Shown: positions 9,610 to 19,397 of the stretch, one piece after another | Position numbering within the stretch: the first letter of the stretch is position 1 | How the letters are laid out: each line of letters starts with the position of its first letter | NCBI GenBank assembly: GCA_018335335.1 | Contig: JAGXKG010000002.1 | Span: forward strand, 87,239 to 151,238 | DNA: 64,000 nt | Direction: 5' to 3' | From: Candidatus Thorarchaeota archaeon | GTDB lineage: Archaea; Asgardarchaeota; Thorarchaeia; Thorarchaeales; Thorarchaeaceae | The notes under the pieces: generated by a model | What the model was told of the DNA's origin: nothing | Seen by the model: the letters and a program-made list of their open reading frames with translations, nothing else | Databases searched by the model: none | Translations under genes and position numbers: made by a program

Positions 9610-10458
9610 GTGACTTGCGCCAATTGTGGTTTAGTGCTGTCTGATCATTCCATTGATTCAGGTCCAGAATGGCGAGCATTCGGCACTGAAGAACGTGATG
9701 CACGCAGACGTGTGGGTAGCCCAAGTGACTTGACCAAATTTGACCAAGGCCTCACTACGCTGATTGACCACAAAAACGTTGATGCTTCTGGTAAGAAACT
9801 AAGCTCTTCAAGGAGAGCACAAATTCATAGATTGAGAAAGTGGCAGATTCGGACCAAGGTTCACTCCTCAAATAAGCGAAATCTTGCTGTTGCTATGACA
9901 GACCTATCAAGAATAAGTAGCCAGCTCAGTATTCCATATTCAATACGCGAAACATCGGCCGTCATCTACCGAAAAATTCTTCGTCAACACCTTACCCGCG
10001 GCAGGACCATTCTTGGTATGGTTGCTGCATCACTATACTTGGCCTGTCGAGTACATAAAGTTCCACGGCCACTTGAAGAGGTCTGTGATCATATCCATAT
10101 AACAAGGAAAGAGTTGAGTCTTTGCGTTCGCCTTGTTCTCCAGCACCTTGACCTCAAAATCATAACCCAACCACATGATTATGTTTCACGGTTCGGAACC
10201 GATTTGAGGTTGCCAGCAAAGACGCAAAGGAAAGCAATTGACATTCTCAATGCGGCCAAGAAGAAGCACCTTACAGTTGGAAAAGATCCAAAGGGCATGG
10301 CGGCAGCGGCATTGTACGTGGCCGGAATTCTGACACAAAGCAGACGAACTCAACTTGAAATAGCAGAAACAGCTCGGGTTACGGAAGTCACAGTTCGCAA
10401 CCGCTATAAAGAAATGGTAGACCGGCTGAACATTTCCGCGCTTGGGGGGCGCAAATAG
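9610..10458 (+). CDS. tfb: Transcription initiation factor IIB (TFB)
   Basis: Two cyclin-like repeats and a B-finger region. The zinc-ribbon CxxC...CxxC continues in frame upstream (CPSC at about 9559-9570) with no canonical ATG, so the true start is likely upstream and non-canonical. Confidence 0.85.
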   Translation: MTCANCGLVLSDHSIDSGPEWRAFGTEERDARRRVGSPSDLTKFDQGLTTLIDHKNVDASGKKLSSSRRAQIHRLRKWQIRTKVHSSNKRNLAVAMTDLSRISSQLSIPYSIRETSAVIYRKILRQHLTRGRTILGMVAASLYLACRVHKVPRPLEEVCDHIHITRKELSLCVRLVLQHLDLKIITQPHDYVSRFGTDLRLPAKTQRKAIDILNAAKKKHLTVGKDPKGMAAAALYVAGILTQSRRTQLEIAETARVTEVTVRNRYKEMVDRLNISALGGRK

Positions 10459-10533
10459 TAGTTTGGATTTAGTGCGGACAGAATAATCTTAAGACTGAAA
10501 ATCCCAAGTGATTCTTGCGGAGATTGCCCTATA

Positions 10534-11367
10534 TTGCCTGCGAAACGAGACATACACGGCGTTTGGCTTCTTGAACGTGAAACCGGCCGTTATCTAGTTG
10601 CTAGAGCATACTCCGACATTGAAATCGATATGGATCTCATAGCACCATTTCTTTCAGCAACTCATACCTTCATCGATCGAGCATCTACAGAGGAACTTCA
10701 GACCATCGATACAGAAGGAAATCGCTATGTTTGGGTAGCTAATGACTATCTGTTATTCGTCATGGTAGTAGCTAAATCAACTAGGATTTCTCACATGCGA
10801 TTTCTTCTCAAGTATGCTTTGGATGAGTTTCAACGAAGGATGAAAGAGAAAGGAAAAGATGTTGCGACAGTACTGAGCAACTGGCATGGCACTCCTAGAG
10901 ATTTTGATGAATTCGGTTCCTTCCTTGATGAACTTGTGAGCCAATATGAGCAAAGTGATGAGCGCTTGGTGACCGGAAAAGCAATGGATTGCTTATCTGT
11001 CTATAGTCACTTGTATCATTCGATTCTTCAAGCAGAACAGGACAAGAAGAAGAGAAAGAATATCCTAGAGCGCATTATTCGCGAAATTAAGCCAATGCGC
11101 GAAAGTAGTTCTGTGTTGGATGAAATGAAAATCGACAAGAGTGGTATTGATGTATTCTGCCTAGATGTAGACAATATTGGCTATCGTACACTTCGAAAGG
11201 CGCTCGAAGAAATCCTCCAAGTGGTTGCAAACACCACCAGAGAAATGGTGGGAGAGGAACGATTCAAGCAGATGATTTTTGACCATGCGATGCCCTATGT
11301 CAAGCGAGATCTAGACCGTCTGGAAACTTATGCCATCGTTGATGATGTTATCAGGCATCTGTTCTGA
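10534..11367 (+). CDS. Hypothetical protein with an N-terminal Roadblock/LC7 (longin-like) domain and a helical C-terminal region
   Basis: The N-terminal approximately 100 aa (GVWLLERETGRYLVARAYSDIEIDMDLIAPFLS...YVWVANDYLLFVMVVAKS) follow the beta-alpha-beta-beta-alpha Roadblock pattern. Confidence 0.4.
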   Translation: MPAKRDIHGVWLLERETGRYLVARAYSDIEIDMDLIAPFLSATHTFIDRASTEELQTIDTEGNRYVWVANDYLLFVMVVAKSTRISHMRFLLKYALDEFQRRMKEKGKDVATVLSNWHGTPRDFDEFGSFLDELVSQYEQSDERLVTGKAMDCLSVYSHLYHSILQAEQDKKKRKNILERIIREIKPMRESSSVLDEMKIDKSGIDVFCLDVDNIGYRTLRKALEEILQVVANTTREMVGEERFKQMIFDHAMPYVKRDLDRLETYAIVDDVIRHLF

Positions 11368-11371
11368 AATT

Positions 11372-12715
11372 TTAGCTCTTGCTTAGCATCAGCACATCTC
11401 GCTGAACTACTTGTCCCCTCTTTCGCTCTGGCAGGGTCTCTCTGTTGGGATAGAGCTTAACCCGTTCATCGATTTTCTCTTGACTACCAAGCTGACTTCT
11501 CCTAAGCATTTTCCTTACAGTAAACGGCGTACCGTCTGTCATCTTATACACATCAACATTCACTTGGTTACCCACAGCGTTGATAACCGGTAATGTCATT
11601 CCCACCCGACCACCAGGCCTTAATCTCATAGCAACGACATTGAGAGTTTGTTTGTATAGTGTGGTGAGGTCATCAATGATAGATTTCGCCTTCTTTGGTT
11701 GTGGCGGATTATCGAAAACCGGCCCGAGTTCTGGTTCGAAGGCGATTGCGTCGACGGTTTCTTGAATCAGTTTATCGGTTTCTCTAGCGTCACCCTTAAC
11801 AACCTTGTACTCTAGTCTTTCACCCAAATCCTTACCAAGCCACTTAAGATTCGATCTTGCTCCTTGTGCTGTATTTCCATCCAGTTCAATTCCGATTACG
11901 CGCATACCTAACAAAGCACCTTCCATAAGCAAAGTACCAGTTCCACAGAATGGATCGAGTATGGTATCACCGCTACGAGCCCCTGCTAGGTTTAACAATG
12001 TCCTGCAAATCTTAGGGCTTGTACTGATTTCTGCTGCGACATATGGCCGCGATTCATCACGGTATTTCTGAAGCATTGAATCATAGAGCACAATCGTGTT
12101 TGCGATATACATTCTGTTTCTTGTGAGGAGGATGAGTATCTCCGAGTTGGGCGGCTTATAGAGTGTCTGTTCAGCAACTGTCTGGGGCCACAACGCCATA
12201 TTTGGCATATCCGGATTATTCGGGTCAGTGTCATCATATGCGAAATAGACCGCTCTCCTTGCCCCTTTCTCAGTCAGTTTCCTTTTGGTCCATTCATCAA
12301 GACCCAATGTGAGCTTCTTCAGATCTATCTCGCTTTCATAGTTCACCAACGGGTATGTGCTGAAGCCAAATTTGATTTTCTTACCCTTGATATTTTTCCA
12401 TATCTTGTCAACCCAAGGGCATTCCCGAAGCCGTCCCCTTGCATCTCTGTGGATATTTCCTGCTGCTGGAAATGCTCTGACAGCAAGATCCTTGTTGAAA
12501 TTAGATACTACCTTGCCAATCTTATAGCACCCCCCAAGGGCCTCCTGAATGTCACCTAGTTCACGTGGTTCGAAGTATCTATGCAAGTCGAGGATGATTG
12601 CAGTTCGCGAGTAGTCCACGATTTCATAGTCAATTGCTCTGTCTGTAAGGTATTCTAAGAGCTCTGCGATTGAAAGAGTCCAATTCTTTCCGAGGACAAA
12701 AGCGTATTCAGTCAT
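11372..12715 (-). CDS. THUMP-domain SAM-dependent tRNA (guanine-N2) methyltransferase, Trm11/Trm-G10-like
   Basis: ILDPFCGTGTLLMEGALLGMRVIGIELD is a class I methyltransferase motif I. The N-terminal THUMP-like region matches the Trm11 family. Confidence 0.65.
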   Translation of the reverse strand: MTEYAFVLGKNWTLSIAELLEYLTDRAIDYEIVDYSRTAIILDLHRYFEPRELGDIQEALGGCYKIGKVVSNFNKDLAVRAFPAAGNIHRDARGRLRECPWVDKIWKNIKGKKIKFGFSTYPLVNYESEIDLKKLTLGLDEWTKRKLTEKGARRAVYFAYDDTDPNNPDMPNMALWPQTVAEQTLYKPPNSEILILLTRNRMYIANTIVLYDSMLQKYRDESRPYVAAEISTSPKICRTLLNLAGARSGDTILDPFCGTGTLLMEGALLGMRVIGIELDGNTAQGARSNLKWLGKDLGERLEYKVVKGDARETDKLIQETVDAIAFEPELGPVFDNPPQPKKAKSIIDDLTTLYKQTLNVVAMRLRPGGRVGMTLPVINAVGNQVNVDVYKMTDGTPFTVRKMLRRSQLGSQEKIDERVKLYPNRETLPERKRGQVVQRDVLMLSKS

Positions 12716-12721
12716 TGTTTT

Positions 12722-13594
12722 TCACTCACTCAACTTATCGCGAAGTATCTTTGCGTATATGGCTCCCCTAAGTGGGTTTGGTGTTTCCGATATGAACGTC
12801 GGCTTGTAACCGTTTTCTAGCACAAGTTCCATTAATGGCATTATGTCTGGTCCCCAATTGTCTCCCAGAGGCCTATGTGATTTTTCACCTTTTTCGTCGA
12901 AAACAATACCACTAACGTGGAAATGCATATTGTCTGTGAAGGTATCTCCAAGCGCATCTTCGAATATCGCCAATACCCGGGAATAGCTGTCTTTATCTCC
13001 TATATCTCCGCCAGTACGAGCATAGAGGTGAGCCCAGTCGATACATGGTATCGTAGAGTCCAATTCTTGACATAAACGGATAATTTGACCTGGAGAACCA
13101 TACATGCTCTTCTTTCCTGCTATCTCTGGTGCTAGCACTGTATTACTAGCTTCATGTCCTGCTTCTTCAATTGCTTGTTGCATTCCGTCACGAATGACGG
13201 TGAATGCCTCTTCTGGAGGCAACCCTCCGTAGGTACCTGGGTGGAAAACTATTCTTTTCACACCCATCATAGGCGCAAATCGTAATGCTTTCACCAAACG
13301 AGCTTTCGATCGCCTGCGCGTTTTTTCTTTCTTTGATGCAAGATTGATGTAATATGCTCCATGTATACTCATTGCTATGTCATGTTTACTTGCTAAAGTT
13401 GCCAGCTTCAGAGCTTTCTTTTCTCCTATTCTAAGTCCGTATGTAGCTGCGTATTCAAGTGCACTCAATCCTCCTTCTGTGAGGATTTGAAAAACTTCAT
13501 CGAGTTTTCCCTTGGCGTCATCTGGATAGCCTGCAGGTCCGAACCGTATTCTACTCAGCGCTATCACTCTTCCAGGGTAAACTCCCACGCGCAA
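12722..13594 (-). CDS. nfo: Endonuclease IV (AP endonuclease family 2, TIM barrel)
   Basis: HGAYYINLAS and further His/Glu/Asp metal ligands typical of Nfo. Confidence 0.8.
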   Translation of the reverse strand: MRVGVYPGRVIALSRIRFGPAGYPDDAKGKLDEVFQILTEGGLSALEYAATYGLRIGEKKALKLATLASKHDIAMSIHGAYYINLASKKEKTRRRSKARLVKALRFAPMMGVKRIVFHPGTYGGLPPEEAFTVIRDGMQQAIEEAGHEASNTVLAPEIAGKKSMYGSPGQIIRLCQELDSTIPCIDWAHLYARTGGDIGDKDSYSRVLAIFEDALGDTFTDNMHFHVSGIVFDEKGEKSHRPLGDNWGPDIMPLMELVLENGYKPTFISETPNPLRGAIYAKILRDKLSE

Positions 13595-14082
13595 TACCAG
13601 TCGTCGGGATGATCATCCGGTGGACACGCAATACAACGAGTTTGAATCCGAGGATCTATAGTCTCTGCGAAGTAGCTGTATTCGATAATGCCGACTTGCT
13701 TACATGGAAACTCGGGCAAGTTTTTCCGTTTACGGGCTACTTGAACTCTGCACTCATGCATTTTGAAAATAAGTGTATTTTCATCTTTAAATTCAGAAGA
13801 CTGCTTGTTAAGTCGAGCATAAACCCTGTAGTCCAAGGCGTTTTTCAACGATTCAAGGCCACCATTTGGCTCGACATCAAACTCTCTCATGATTCGTTTT
13901 GCTTCGATAGGGGAGAATGTTTTCCACGCTTCTTTGTCCATCTCAATTGCTGTATCCATTCCGTACTTGTCTTCCAGTGCTAGAAAATAGGCACCATCCA
14001 TTGCCTGCCAAGCTTTTGCATAGGCGTCAATGATTTTGAGAAGCTCTTCTTTCGGTAGGTCTTCAAATTCCAAGGTCGCCAC
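13564..14082 (-). CDS. Hypothetical protein, possibly ATC-hydrolase-like (PF14196-like)
   Basis: 172 aa with a conserved Cys-rich, aromatic C-terminus (CIACPPDDHPDDWYCAWEF), shared with the paralog at 24799-25308. Confidence 0.35.
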   Translation of the reverse strand: MATLEFEDLPKEELLKIIDAYAKAWQAMDGAYFLALEDKYGMDTAIEMDKEAWKTFSPIEAKRIMREFDVEPNGGLESLKNALDYRVYARLNKQSSEFKDENTLIFKMHECRVQVARKRKNLPEFPCKQVGIIEYSYFAETIDPRIQTRCIACPPDDHPDDWYCAWEFTLEE

Positions 14083-14161
14083 CTACTTTGAAAGGACTAG
14101 CGAACCCTCATAAGAGTCATTGGGTGAGGAGGAATCACAGTAGATTCCATGTAAACAGGAA

Positions 14162-15157
14162 ATGGCAAAAATGGTCGAGAAACGATTTGGTGAACATCTC
14201 CGAGTCAGAACCAAACCGCACAAGATGACTTTCAACAATCATGAAGTTGGTATCAAGGCAGAGTTTAATCAAGGTCTTCTCCAAGAACACCTTCCTTTGA
14301 CGCAGGGTGTTGGGACGGGCGACCAGATGTTGGTTAAGACGCTGGGGAAAGTCATCCCCAAATCCACTATCGAGGCTCTAAGTTCAACAGAGTTTATTGA
14401 TGTCTTTGGAAGAGTCTTGGAAATGCCAGGTCCACGGGGAGGCATTTGTCTACAGTATCTCTATGTATGGGACTATCAGGCGGTACCTGCTCATGAGGCC
14501 GATTATGAACCGATATTTGTATATCTCAACGGGGATAAGAGACATGCAATCTATGATCTTGTCCACTACTGTGCACGCAGACTTGAGTTAGGATATTCCA
14601 AAGCAGATGGTCCTGGTCTGAGGATGATTCCCGGGTGGCATTCTTTTCTACCTGCTCCGCGATTGCGTCCTACTCAGGGGGATTCCAACTTAGAGGTTAA
14701 ACCCCTCTCGGATCAGCATCTTGATGCATGGTATTCAATTCCGGTTGAGTCAGCTCGATTCAAAATCCGCAGACACATGGCTAACCCTTTCTTGCTTGAA
14801 GCACCCGGTCATTTCCTAGAATCGCCCGATGAGAACAGCAAGACGATGTGCTGTACCTTCTTAGAAATAGAATCTGCACTAAGAGAATTCGAGGATCCCC
14901 GAAAAGGTGTTGTTGAAGGGGTGAAGCGAGCTTTGACGAAATGTGTTGGCATTTTTGGTCTCTACCGCCTAGGAGCATTAGTACAGCTACTGCTGGAGAT
15001 GAATCAGATTGGGTTGCTACAATTGGGTCAACCGCTAGGTGAGAGTCTCAATCTCGGAAGATTGAATGCCCTTTTGCAAGAAGGATTAATTTCACTAACA
15101 GATATGGGTAAAAACCTAATTCAGGGCTTGGGTGACCGAAGAGAATCTGCTGATTGA
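14162..15157 (+). CDS. Hypothetical protein
   Basis: Long ORF with coding-like composition; no recognised motif. Confidence 0.4.
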   Translation: MAKMVEKRFGEHLRVRTKPHKMTFNNHEVGIKAEFNQGLLQEHLPLTQGVGTGDQMLVKTLGKVIPKSTIEALSSTEFIDVFGRVLEMPGPRGGICLQYLYVWDYQAVPAHEADYEPIFVYLNGDKRHAIYDLVHYCARRLELGYSKADGPGLRMIPGWHSFLPAPRLRPTQGDSNLEVKPLSDQHLDAWYSIPVESARFKIRRHMANPFLLEAPGHFLESPDENSKTMCCTFLEIESALREFEDPRKGVVEGVKRALTKCVGIFGLYRLGALVQLLLEMNQIGLLQLGQPLGESLNLGRLNALLQEGLISLTDMGKNLIQGLGDRRESAD

Positions 15158-15230
15158 CAATTTCTGAGAATGGTATGTTGAAAGCCCTACTGCCGATAAG
15201 CTTTAATCAGAACCTAATTTCGGGCTATTA

Positions 15231-16187
15231 GTGGAGACCTTGTCAGGTATGACTGAGGACGATATTACCAACCAGACAGATTCAAGAAACCGTTTTGACC
15301 CTTTAGCACTTCTTGTAATCATTCGTCCACAGAACTGTATCATTGGAGGGTTGACAGTTTTGGCGGGGATAGCTATGGGATACAAATCCATGCCAGTACT
15401 TACCCCTCTTTCTTCGTTTTTGGACGCGTTTCTTTTCGGTTATTTAACTTACTTTTTTGTAGCGGCAGCCGGGAACGTCGTCAATGACATCTTTGATGTG
15501 GAAGTAGATCGAATAAACAGGCCTGAACGAGTGCTGCCTAGCGGACGAATGACAATCCGTCAAGCTTGGGCGTATGTAGTCTTTCTGGGTGCACTTGGTG
15601 TTTTGTTCGCGTGGTTGAATGGTCCACTTGGTACACTTATCGTTGTCATCTTCCAGATTGTTGGTTATGCATATGCATCCAAGGTCAAAGAGCTTGGACT
15701 TGCTGGTAATTTCATGGTTGCTTTCTCCTTTGCTTTTGGTGTTATCTATGGATCCTTTATCTATGGCGAAACAATAGGTCATATCTTCATACCGATTCCT
15801 TCGTGGTTGTTCTTCTTGACTGCTTTCATGATTCTTCAAGCCCGAGAGACAATCAAAGGCTCTGAGGATGTAGAGGGGGACAAGCTGAGGGATGTAAGAA
15901 CCATTGCACGAGTTTATGGATATTGGGTCGCAGCGGGCGTGGCTGCAGTAATGAATATGGTTGGTGTTCTCTGCTATTGTCTGATTTGGTTTTTGGGCTT
16001 CGCTAGCTGGGATTTGTGGCCTCTGCTTGTAGCTGGTGCAGCCGTTGTTACGGGCGCTGCGATTGCCCCCCTTACTGGTCCAAGTAATGATCGACGACTG
16101 CTTATAGGAAGTACGTTAGACAAAATTGGAGCCCTTATTGGCCTGATTGCGTTTGTCATTATTCCGTTGTATGGTGTCATCATCTGA
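15231..16187 (+). CDS. UbiA-family prenyltransferase, probably digeranylgeranylglyceryl phosphate synthase
   Basis: NVVNDIFDVEVDRINRPERVLPSG matches the UbiA NDxxDxxxD motif; multiple transmembrane helices. Confidence 0.75.
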   Translation: METLSGMTEDDITNQTDSRNRFDPLALLVIIRPQNCIIGGLTVLAGIAMGYKSMPVLTPLSSFLDAFLFGYLTYFFVAAAGNVVNDIFDVEVDRINRPERVLPSGRMTIRQAWAYVVFLGALGVLFAWLNGPLGTLIVVIFQIVGYAYASKVKELGLAGNFMVAFSFAFGVIYGSFIYGETIGHIFIPIPSWLFFLTAFMILQARETIKGSEDVEGDKLRDVRTIARVYGYWVAAGVAAVMNMVGVLCYCLIWFLGFASWDLWPLLVAGAAVVTGAAIAPLTGPSNDRRLLIGSTLDKIGALIGLIAFVIIPLYGVII

Positions 16188-16190
16188 AAT

Positions 16191-17006
16191 CTAATGGACT
16201 TGCCAGAAGGTCCAGCCAAGAACAATTATGCAAAGAACAGCCACAACGAACGCCCAGATCGTAGATGTTTCATGTGCTTCTCTAATTCCAAAAATGAGCA
16301 AGAACCCAACCCACACAAATGATGCAGTCGTTAGATAATCAAGGGTTGTCCATATCTCAGAATTGTAAATCTGTTGAACGATGGTACTCCAAGTGCTAGG
16401 ATTCTCTACGCTAATCGCAGGTATGAAAACCAGTATCAGTATCAACCCTATCAGCCTGATTAGCACCACCGGAAACATGCTGTATCCCACAATGGATACG
16501 GTCTCTCCTTTGCTACCTTTCCCTCCTGTAACCTTGAAAGCTAGATGGGCAAAGATTGAGCCAAGGACAAGGAATAGCATTCCAAGCAAGAGATTCGGTA
16601 GTATTGAAAATAGTGCTGTAGTTAGAAATGCCGTACCGACTTCGGTAAACAAGATGCTGGTTGCTACCGTTCTGCCCGTTGTCTGGTTTACAACCACACT
16701 CACAGTGAACTTGGATGATACTGCTAAGAAGAAACCTGCCATGACTAGTGCATTCATGATGATTATCAGAAATGGGCCAACTGTATCTGGTCTCTGAGCT
16801 ATGTCTCTGAATGCCGTTGCAGGTCTTCTGACTGTTCCATATAGACGTTTAAGTGGACCCATAGCCTTGACATCTGACGGTTCAGGCCGTTTCAACATGG
16901 GTAGAACTCTCTCAAGTGTTTCTACTGCGATTTCCTCGTGGCATATTGGACAGACAGTAGCATCTGCCGGTACAGGACTATCGCAGAATTCACAACGTCT
17001 CACCAT
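16191..17006 (-). CDS. Yip1-domain integral membrane protein with an N-terminal zinc ribbon
   Basis: CEFC...CPIC zinc ribbon followed by five TM helices in the Yip1/DUF1282 arrangement. Confidence 0.6.
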   Translation of the reverse strand: MVRRCEFCDSPVPADATVCPICHEEIAVETLERVLPMLKRPEPSDVKAMGPLKRLYGTVRRPATAFRDIAQRPDTVGPFLIIIMNALVMAGFFLAVSSKFTVSVVVNQTTGRTVATSILFTEVGTAFLTTALFSILPNLLLGMLFLVLGSIFAHLAFKVTGGKGSKGETVSIVGYSMFPVVLIRLIGLILILVFIPAISVENPSTWSTIVQQIYNSEIWTTLDYLTTASFVWVGFLLIFGIREAHETSTIWAFVVAVLCIIVLGWTFWQVH

Positions 17007-17108
17007 GCAAATGACCTCAACAATACCTGATTAACACCAAGTCATTCTGAAGTGACAGGTTTCCCTATTAAACAATTATTGGGTTGCCTATCATTTGTCG
17101 TGTTCAAT

Positions 17109-17735
17109 CTACCAAAGGCCAAATTCATCAAAAAGTGATGTCGGGTGGACTACTACATATGGTATGGTGATATCCCAGAATGCTTGAACTGCGTTCAGGA
17201 CTACCGTATATGCAATCAGGAAGGCTGTATCATCGAGTCCAAAGAACAGGGGGACTATGATGAGATTAAGTGGTATCATTATGATTAGTCGTACAATCGT
17301 AGCAACAATCATCAGCGTAACATATCTCTTCACATTTCCCAATTTTCTTCCCGCGGCTGCTTTATCTCCAAGCTTCACACCTAACCATGGTATGATAATC
17401 ATGGGAACAGTCGCGATAAGCTTGAGTAGTGTACCGATTGGCCCCGTCGGATCATAGAAAAGCAGTGCAATGGTTCCAACTGTCATGCTGGCCATTCCTA
17501 CTGCAAAACCGCCTATTAGAAATGCGATAATCCAGAATATTGATACTGGGTCGAATAATGCTATTCCCCATCCAGGTATTCTCGGAATGAATGCAACAAT
17601 AGGTGCTACTGCTACTGAAAGCGCTGCCAGCACCCCCGCAACTGCTATTTTCTTGGTTGTGAGAGTTGAATCGCTGCTTTCTATAAACTCATCATTCTCT
17701 TCACTTTCTTCCTTGGGGCGTTTCTGAGGTTGCAT
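17109..17735 (-). CDS. Membrane protein, ECF-transporter S-component-like
   Basis: Acidic N-terminal tail and five or six TM helices. Confidence 0.45.
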   Translation of the reverse strand: MQPQKRPKEESEENDEFIESSDSTLTTKKIAVAGVLAALSVAVAPIVAFIPRIPGWGIALFDPVSIFWIIAFLIGGFAVGMASMTVGTIALLFYDPTGPIGTLLKLIATVPMIIIPWLGVKLGDKAAAGRKLGNVKRYVTLMIVATIVRLIIMIPLNLIIVPLFFGLDDTAFLIAYTVVLNAVQAFWDITIPYVVVHPTSLFDEFGLW

Positions 17736-17861
17736 GTTCCATTCTGCTGCGGCCCAAGATATATAGTTTACCCAATGTAAATAAACTACTCATATATGAG
17801 TAATATTATATAGGCGTTTGATAATTTGCTTGGATACACAACACAGCTGGCTGAAAAATGA

Positions 17862-18311
17862 CTATTCATGTACATCATCAGATGGTGTTCTGTGATTCTC
17901 TCTTCGCTGGTCTAGTCTCCGCTGACGTCTACTCAGCATCTGAACGAGCTTTCTAGTAGGTCGTATCCAATCAGGATTCAGACGCCACTCGGCCCATTCA
18001 AACCCTGACGAGAGTGATGTACGGCTTAGAACAAGTCTGGAGGAAACGAGATCGTTTATGCTACTGAGAATGGTTCCAATGGTTACTGCACCGATTAGTG
18101 GTCTTGCTTTTCTAGCCGCCTTCAACAAATCAGTCGTACTGACCCAACCTCCATCCTCGATAAGAAGTCGCAGGACATTCGAACGCACAGGATCCGATTC
18201 GAGCATACCTTTGAGCGGTGCCAAGTTTATGCACTTCTGGCTTTCTCTCTGTCGATTTGTTTCATATTCTTGGTTTCTGCTATCTGGATTCACGACGCTA
18301 CGAAAGTCCAT
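17862..18311 (-). CDS. Hypothetical protein, possible winged helix
   Basis: ORF only; basic C-terminus. Confidence 0.3.
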   Translation of the reverse strand: MDFRSVVNPDSRNQEYETNRQRESQKCINLAPLKGMLESDPVRSNVLRLLIEDGGWVSTTDLLKAARKARPLIGAVTIGTILSSINDLVSSRLVLSRTSLSSGFEWAEWRLNPDWIRPTRKLVQMLSRRQRRLDQRRENHRTPSDDVHE

Positions 18312-18433
18312 TATGCAACCTCATTAAGAGGAAGCTGCAGCTTTCTTTTGAAAGCCAGTATTATACTCTCCAAATCGGCTGTGCCTGTTGTTGCACAACC
18401 CTTATCTTTGTTTCAATACAGAAGTTCCATGTT

Positions 18434-18817
18434 ATGCCTTTGAACAAATCATTAGAAGGTCTCTTTTCAGAAGCCTTTGAGCACCCCTCGGATTTTCTAT
18501 GTTGTGCGTTTGGCTTACGAGAAAGTGAAATCGATGTCTATTTTGCGCTGTTGACGGGACCAAAGAGCGTAGAAGAATTAGCAACAGATGAGACTATAGA
18601 CAGAGATAGAAGCACTGTTCAGAGAGTACTGACTAAACTGCTTGATGCAGGACTTGTGATGCGCGAGGAAAAACACTTGGCACGTGGTGGTTACTACTAT
18701 CTGTATCGTGCAGTTTCTGAAGAAACGGTGAAGCATGAAATACTGAAACAGTTAGATAACTGGTATGAACAGACCAGAAGGTTTTTGCTGGACGAATGGC
18801 CCGACCTCTCGGAGTAA
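18434..18817 (+). CDS. Winged-helix transcriptional regulator (ArsR/TrmB-like)
   Basis: An in-frame internal ATG at 18434 gives a 127-aa wHTH protein (ELATDETIDRDRSTVQRVLTKLLDAGLV). The longer ORF-track start overlaps the upstream gene. Confidence 0.55.
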   Translation: MPLNKSLEGLFSEAFEHPSDFLCCAFGLRESEIDVYFALLTGPKSVEELATDETIDRDRSTVQRVLTKLLDAGLVMREEKHLARGGYYYLYRAVSEETVKHEILKQLDNWYEQTRRFLLDEWPDLSE

Positions 18818-18824
18818 CTGGAAA

Positions 18825-19397
18825 ATGCCCCCAAATTCCATTTCCACCAATACGGTTATGTTAACAACTCTTGCAATACTTGCGGCAATGGGTGTTTGGG
18901 CCCGACTGTTTGTCAAAATACCTATTATTGCTGGCCTTCTAGAGCTGACTCCCGGCTTTATGTTTTCAGAACTGGGAGGTATTATAGGTGGTCTTGCAGG
19001 AGGCGTATTTGTTGGTGCAATTGTTGGGATTGGGGGTGCTGTAGCTGGAGGCGAGCCATTCCTCTTGCCCATGATTGGGAACATTTTTCTTGGCATTGGG
19101 ACCGGTTGGGTAATCAAAGTAGCCCATGACAGGGATTCTATCCGCTATAGGATTATGGTAATTTTGGGTGGTGCACTTATTGGCGGATTCTTTCCCAGTG
19201 TTACGATTTTTGCCTTCTTTACTGAATCATTGGAGGCGGCTATCATATTTGCTCTACTGGACGCTTTCCAGGCAGGATTATGGGCAGCTGTGGCTCTCTT
19301 CGTAGAGAAGATTATTCGCGAAATCATAGGCAATTATATCTATGAGAAAGCTAAAACGGACATTAGTGGGTCCAAAACACGAGATGACATGGGATGA
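18825..19397 (+). CDS. Gly-rich polytopic membrane protein
   Basis: An internal ATG at 18825 avoids overlap with the regulator. GxxxG-rich TM helices. It lies immediately upstream of hypB. Confidence 0.45.
   Translation: MPPNSISTNTVMLTTLAILAAMGVWARLFVKIPIIAGLLELTPGFMFSELGGIIGGLAGGVFVGAIVGIGGAVAGGEPFLLPMIGNIFLGIGTGWVIKVAHDRDSIRYRIMVILGGALIGGFFPSVTIFAFFTESLEAAIIFALLDAFQAGLWAAVALFVEKIIREIIGNYIYEKAKTDISGSKTRDDMG

Noticed and set aside
18218-18433. Long 5' extension of the wHTH regulator ORF (ORF-track start at 18218)
   Set aside because: It overlaps the 3' end of the convergent upstream gene and encodes a Cys-rich low-complexity sequence. The internal ATG at 18434 gives a normal-length regulator.
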